From Pseudomonadota bacterium (GTDB taxonomy: Bacteria > Desulfobacterota > Binatia > Binatales > Binataceae): a DNA stretch of 64,000 nucleotides. Positions 59,583-64,000 of this stretch are shown in pieces. The notes beneath the pieces were generated by a model that did no database searches, was not told the origin of the DNA, and was given only the letters and a program-made list of their open reading frames with translations. The stretch covers positions 1,097-65,096 of the forward strand of contig JAJPIL010000010.1 of the NCBI GenBank assembly GCA_021324755.1, written 5' to 3'. Position 1 is the first letter of the stretch. Each line of letters begins with the position of its first letter. The position numbers were made by a program, and so were the translations under genes.

Positions 59583-61328
59583 CTATTGGTCCGCTTTGCC
59601 AGCCCGCGAGCTTTTTTTCCCGCTCTCGCCCCGGTCAAGACGCAGCTCCTCGTTCAAGATGTCCTCCAGCGAGAAGCGCGCGCCTTGATGCTCGCGCCTC
59701 AAATATGCGCGCATCTCCTCACGCTCTTCGTGCTGCTTGAGCGCCTTAATCGACAGACCGAGTCGGCGCTCTTTCGGGTCGAGCTGGATGACCATTGCCT
59801 CCACCTCATCCCCGACTTTGAAGAGCGAGGAAGGTTTATCCACGCGTCCCACGGCGAGCTGGGAGACATGGATCAAACCTTCGATGCCCTCTTCGAGAGC
59901 GACAAATACGCCGAAGTCGGCGACCGAGCTTACCGTACCCTTGACCTTAGAGTTGAGCGGGTAGCGCTCTGCGACGGTCTCCCATGGGTCAGGGGTGAGC
60001 TGCTTAATACCAAGGCTCACTCGCTCATTGGCAACGTCGATTCCCAGCACAACCGCCTCAACTTGGTCGCCCTTTTTGTAGAGCTCCGAGGGATGCTTGA
60101 TCTTCTTGGTCCACGACATATCTGAAATGTGGACCAAGCCGTCGATGCCGGGCTCGATCTCGACGAAGATGCCGAAATCGGTGATCGACTTGACCTTGCC
60201 TTTGACGCGTGAACCAACTGGATGGGTTGCGGCGAGCCGCTCCCAGGGATTCGGCTCGACCTGTTTGAGCCCGAGCGAGATCCGCCGATTGGCTACATCC
60301 ACGTCCAACACCTGGACCTCGACTTCGTCACCGACGCTGACGACCTTCGACGGATGCACGGTGCGCTTGGTCCAACTCATTTCCGAGACGTGGATAAGTC
60401 CTTCGACGCCCTTTTCCAGTTCGACAAAAGCTCCGTAGTCGGCGATACTTACCACCTTGCCTTTGACTCTTGACCCGACGGGATAGGTCTCAGCCACGTG
60501 GCTCCACGGGTCAGGCGTAAGCTGCTTCATCCCGAGCGATACACGTTCGCGCTCGGGGTCGTACTTGAGGACGACAACTTTGACCTTGTCGCCAACTTTG
60601 AGCATCTCGGAGGGATGCTGTATTCTTCCCCATGACATGTCGGTCACGTGGAGCAGTCCGTCGATTCCCCCCAGATCAACGAAGGCACCGTAGTCAGTGA
60701 TATTCTTAACCGTGCCCTCGAAGATAACCCCTTCCTCTAAAACCTTAAGCGTCTGCTCCTTGAGCATCGAAAGTTCGCGCTCGAGCACCTTGCGGCGCGA
60801 CACTACGACGTTGCCCCGAGCGCGATTGAACTTAAGGATTTGAAAACGCCCGTGCTGACCGACATAACGGTCGAGATTGCGCGTTGGCCGGATATCGACG
60901 TGGGAGCCGGGCAAGAAAGCCTGAACGCCGATGTCAACTTTAAGCCCCCCTTTGACGCGGCTCAGCACCACGCCTTCGACCGGAGTTTCGGTCAGATAAG
61001 CGCGCTCAAGCTCGCGCCAGATCCGTAGCTTTTCGGCCTTGGCGCGGGAGAGCAAGACGGTGCCGCTTTCGGCGTCAATTCCTTCAAAATAGACATCGAC
61101 CTCATCGCCCTCGTTGACGGTGACATTGCCCTCCAGGTCGAGAAATTCCGACAAAGGGGCTTGTCCTTCGCACTTGTAACCTATATCGACCACGACGCGG
61201 TCGCGAGTAATCTGAATGACGCGACCAGTAAGAACATCGCCGATGCGCGGCGCGCTCAGGCTGCTTTCCAACAGCGAGCGAAACTCATCGTCCTGTCCGC
61301 GGACTTCGCTGGACAAACCTTTCTCCAT
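59583..61328 (-). CDS. rpsA: 30S ribosomal protein S1
   Basis: Six S1 repeats, e.g. YGAFVDLGGIDGLLHVTDMSW and GLIHVSEMSW. Confidence 0.98.
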   Translation of the reverse strand: MEKGLSSEVRGQDDEFRSLLESSLSAPRIGDVLTGRVIQITRDRVVVDIGYKCEGQAPLSEFLDLEGNVTVNEGDEVDVYFEGIDAESGTVLLSRAKAEKLRIWRELERAYLTETPVEGVVLSRVKGGLKVDIGVQAFLPGSHVDIRPTRNLDRYVGQHGRFQILKFNRARGNVVVSRRKVLERELSMLKEQTLKVLEEGVIFEGTVKNITDYGAFVDLGGIDGLLHVTDMSWGRIQHPSEMLKVGDKVKVVVLKYDPERERVSLGMKQLTPDPWSHVAETYPVGSRVKGKVVSIADYGAFVELEKGVEGLIHVSEMSWTKRTVHPSKVVSVGDEVEVQVLDVDVANRRISLGLKQVEPNPWERLAATHPVGSRVKGKVKSITDFGIFVEIEPGIDGLVHISDMSWTKKIKHPSELYKKGDQVEAVVLGIDVANERVSLGIKQLTPDPWETVAERYPLNSKVKGTVSSVADFGVFVALEEGIEGLIHVSQLAVGRVDKPSSLFKVGDEVEAMVIQLDPKERRLGLSIKALKQHEEREEMRAYLRREHQGARFSLEDILNEELRLDRGESGKKSSRAGKADQ

Positions 61329-61390
61329 TTAGTGGGACCTTCAAAGAGAAATTGGGCTAACTCGAATCCTTACAGCCGGTATCGCAAGTT

Positions 61391-62098
61391 TCAAGACCCG
61401 CGAAAATTTTTACTTTTTATTAGCGCTAACATCCTGTCGACAACGGCCTCGACCGTCAACGCGCTCGAATCGATCACCACTGCATCCCTTGCGGGCTTAA
61501 GGGGAGCAAGCTCGCGAGTTGAATCGCGCTCATCGCGCTCGGTGAGCCGCTGTAGCACCTCTTCTAGGGTAGTCTTGACGCCCGAAGCGATCAACTGCGC
61601 AAACCTTCTTTGAGCCCTGACCCTGGGCGCCGCATCAAGATAAAACTTAAACTCTGCCTCCGGAAACACGACCGTGCCGATATCGCGTCCTTCCATTACG
61701 ACGCCTCCCCGCAACGCCATCTCGCGCTGCAAGGCACGCATTTTTTCGCGCACCGGGGCAAGAACTGACAAGCGGGAGGCGAGCTCGTCAATCCCAGGCT
61801 CGCTGAGCTGGGAGTCGACTATTCGCCCGTTGAGCGTAACGTGACCGCCCGACACGGCGATTTCCACCGTCGCGAGTAAACGGTCAAGGCGCCTTGCGAA
61901 TTCCTGCCCGCCAATATCCTCCAAACCTGCCTGGCGAATTGCTAGCGCAAGCGCGCGGTACATCGCCCCAGTACTCACATAGTCGAAGCCGAGCGCACGG
62001 GCCAGCTCTCGCGCCACGGTTGATTTTCCGGCTGCCACCGGCCCGTCGATCGTCACCACTGGGCGCCGTTTTGCGTGTGCCTCGCCTTCGCTAGTCAT
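61391..62098 (-). CDS. cmk: Cytidylate kinase
   Basis: IDGPVAAGKST, STGAMYRA, VMEGRDIGTVVFP, RDERDSTR. Confidence 0.96.
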   Translation of the reverse strand: MTSEGEAHAKRRPVVTIDGPVAAGKSTVARELARALGFDYVSTGAMYRALALAIRQAGLEDIGGQEFARRLDRLLATVEIAVSGGHVTLNGRIVDSQLSEPGIDELASRLSVLAPVREKMRALQREMALRGGVVMEGRDIGTVVFPEAEFKFYLDAAPRVRAQRRFAQLIASGVKTTLEEVLQRLTERDERDSTRELAPLKPARDAVVIDSSALTVEAVVDRMLALIKSKNFRGS

Positions 62099-62976
62099 TT
62101 CAAAAGGCTCCTAAGTTTTCGGCTCTCCTCGAAAAGCTTTTCGAGTCGCCCTTCGTCGCTTCGCTCGATGGTCAGGCGGAATTCGCGCAGCGCTTCCTGG
62201 TACTCGTCCAGTGCCGCCAATATCGCCTTTTGGTTCGCAAGACATATGTCCCGCCACATGGTGGACTCCGAAAGCGCAAGTCGCGTCGTGTCCCGCAGAC
62301 CGCCGGCACCGTAAGTCATGGCGCGTCTGCCATCGATGGTGCGTCTGCCTACGCTGAGCGCCAAGGCGCTTGCGACCAGCTGCGGCAGATGGCTTGCACG
62401 GGCGAGTAGCTCGTCGTGACTTTCCGGCTTCATCCGCTCGACTTTCGCACCTATTCTGCGCCACATCGTCTCTACCAAGGCAAGGGCAGGCTCGTGGCTG
62501 GAAGCACAAGGCGTGATGACCACGCGCGCCCCCTGAAAAAGCTTGGGTTCGGCACCCTGGGGACCGAAAATTTCCTTACCAGCCAATGGATGGGCTGGGA
62601 CGAATGATAGGCGGGGCTGCACCACTGGTTCTAACGCGCGCACCACCCAAGCCTTCACGCTGCCCACGTCAGTCACCACCGCTCCCTGCGGAAGGTGCTC
62701 GACCAAAGAGCTCAGCACCGACGGCATCGCCAAAACCGGGGTGGCCAAAACGACGATATCAGCACGCCTGGCGGCCTCTTTGCAGGAGCGTGTGGCCTTG
62801 TCGATGAGGCCTTTCTTCAGCGCGAACCTCAAATGGCTCAAACTGCGGTCAAACCCGACGACCTCGCGGGCAAGCTCAAGGTTGCGTAAGGCCCCAGCGA
62901 GCGAACCCCCGATTAGACCGACGCCGCAAATAGTTGCCCGCTCGAACAACATGAACGTCCGCAGACCCGTCAGCAC
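62095..62976 (-). CDS. tyrA: Prephenate/arogenate dehydrogenase
   Basis: GVGLIGGS, TDVGSVK, AHPLAG, HDELLARASHLPQL, DTTRLA. Confidence 0.92.
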   Translation of the reverse strand: MLTGLRTFMLFERATICGVGLIGGSLAGALRNLELAREVVGFDRSLSHLRFALKKGLIDKATRSCKEAARRADIVVLATPVLAMPSVLSSLVEHLPQGAVVTDVGSVKAWVVRALEPVVQPRLSFVPAHPLAGKEIFGPQGAEPKLFQGARVVITPCASSHEPALALVETMWRRIGAKVERMKPESHDELLARASHLPQLVASALALSVGRRTIDGRRAMTYGAGGLRDTTRLALSESTMWRDICLANQKAILAALDEYQEALREFRLTIERSDEGRLEKLFEESRKLRSLLK

Positions 62977-63057
62977 GCGTAAGGGTGACGATTACCCAGC
63001 TTGATAACTTGCCAAAAGCGCCTAGACCGAGGCCGTGCACGCCAGCCGCGCCATCGG

Positions 63058-63999
63058 CTATGAAGCCTTCAGCACCGTCTCCAGAGCCTCGATTAACCTG
63101 TGGTTCTCCTCTTCGAGACCCACGCTTATTCGCACGTGCCGCGGCAGGCCGTAGGAGTTCATTGGCCGGACGATTACCCCTAATCTCAACAGCTTTTCGA
63201 ACACGGCACGTCCGTCGCCGACATCGACCAGGAAAAAATTAGCCTGAGTTGGCACGAAATCTAGTCCCAAGCGGCGAAACTCGCGCTCCAGATAAGCAAC
63301 TCCCCGAGCGTTTACCTCTAGGGTTTTGCGCACGTGCTCATGGTCGTCCATCGCGGCGAGCACCGCGACCTGTGCGAGAGTCGAGACATTGAACGGTTGG
63401 CGGATGTGATTGAGCATTCCGACGATGTCTTCGCGCGCCACCGCGTAGCCGATACGCAAGCCGGCCAGGCCGAAGATTTTCGAAAACGTGCGCAACGTGA
63501 CCAAAAGTCTTTCGCCGTCATGGTAGCGCAGCGAATCTGGATAGTCTGGGTCGCGAACGAACTCAAAGTACGCCTCGTCGGCCACGATCACGGTCCGCGG
63601 GGGAACGCGTGCGAGAAAGCGCTCCCAGGCGTCGCGCTTATAGATCGTGCCGGTAGGATTATTGGGATTTCCAAGAAACACAAGGCGCGTGCTTTCGTCG
63701 ATCGCATCCGCCATCGCGTCAAGGTCCAGCGTGAAATTGCGAAGCGGCACGACCTTCGCTTGCGCACCCGCAGCAGCTATCGCCAGGCTGTAGATCACGA
63801 ACGAGTGCGCGCTTATCACCGCATTAAGCCCCGGGCGCAGAAAAAGCTGCGCGAGCAAATTCAAAATTTCGCACGAACCATCGCCCAGAAAAATGCGTTG
63901 CGGGCTGACGTTGTGATGCTGTGCTAGACGCTGACGCAAGTAGTAGCTGTCACCGTCAGGATAACGATTCAGCTCGTGAAGCGCGTTCTGGATCGCCTT
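63058..63999 (-). CDS. hisC: Histidinol-phosphate aminotransferase; 5' end outside the window
   Basis: LNRYPDG, GDGSCE, NPNNPTG, DEAYFEF, RTFSKIFGLAGLRIGY; frame open to the window edge. Confidence 0.95.
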   Translation of the reverse strand, partial: KAIQNALHELNRYPDGDSYYLRQRLAQHHNVSPQRIFLGDGSCEILNLLAQLFLRPGLNAVISAHSFVIYSLAIAAAGAQAKVVPLRNFTLDLDAMADAIDESTRLVFLGNPNNPTGTIYKRDAWERFLARVPPRTVIVADEAYFEFVRDPDYPDSLRYHDGERLLVTLRTFSKIFGLAGLRIGYAVAREDIVGMLNHIRQPFNVSTLAQVAVLAAMDDHEHVRKTLEVNARGVAYLEREFRRLGLDFVPTQANFFLVDVGDGRAVFEKLLRLGVIVRPMNSYGLPRHVRISVGLEEENHRLIEALETVLKAS

Positions 64000-64000
64000 G

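Noticed and set aside
1-64000. CRISPR arrays, rRNA, intact IS or prophage, and the many short antisense ORFs in the track
   Set aside because: By eye I saw no regularly spaced direct repeats, transposase, integrase or phage structural genes. Antisense ORFs are shadows of well-supported genes in GC-rich DNA.

Overview
A moderately high-GC bacterial chromosomal window. The gene content (orphan luciferase-like monooxygenase and branched-chain substrate-binding proteins, CydAB, TreYZ, GTP-dependent PEPCK) resembles soil/sediment lineages such as Ca. Binatota; this placement is inference only. Left end: a cobalamin riboswitch upstream of a NiCoT transporter that runs off the window, then a gene-poor stretch with a frameshifted excisionase-like HTH remnant next to tRNA-Cys. 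These are followed by a sirtuin, a secreted Kelch protein, and glgX/treX-treY-treZ, where glgX carries an in-frame TGA at a conserved Trp. Middle: an acyl-CoA ligase / ferritin-like diiron protein / enoyl-CoA hydratase unit, a truncated DUF499 ATPase, a bacterioferritin-like gene, cydAB, an envelope cluster (TPR, LolB-like, oppDF, bactofilin), an isolated rplS, and an aromatic catabolic region (LLM, hydrolase, cyclase, hpaE-hpaD-hpaI-hpaB-like genes). Right end: pckG and the core operon hisC-tyrA-cmk-rpsA-ihfB, extended by HIT, AAA+ and vWA genes. I saw no CRISPR array, rRNA or intact mobile element. The best candidate for an uncharacterised system is the diiron/CoA-ligase/crotonase unit at 13.5-17.3 kb. 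All product calls come from motif recognition by eye, not database searches.
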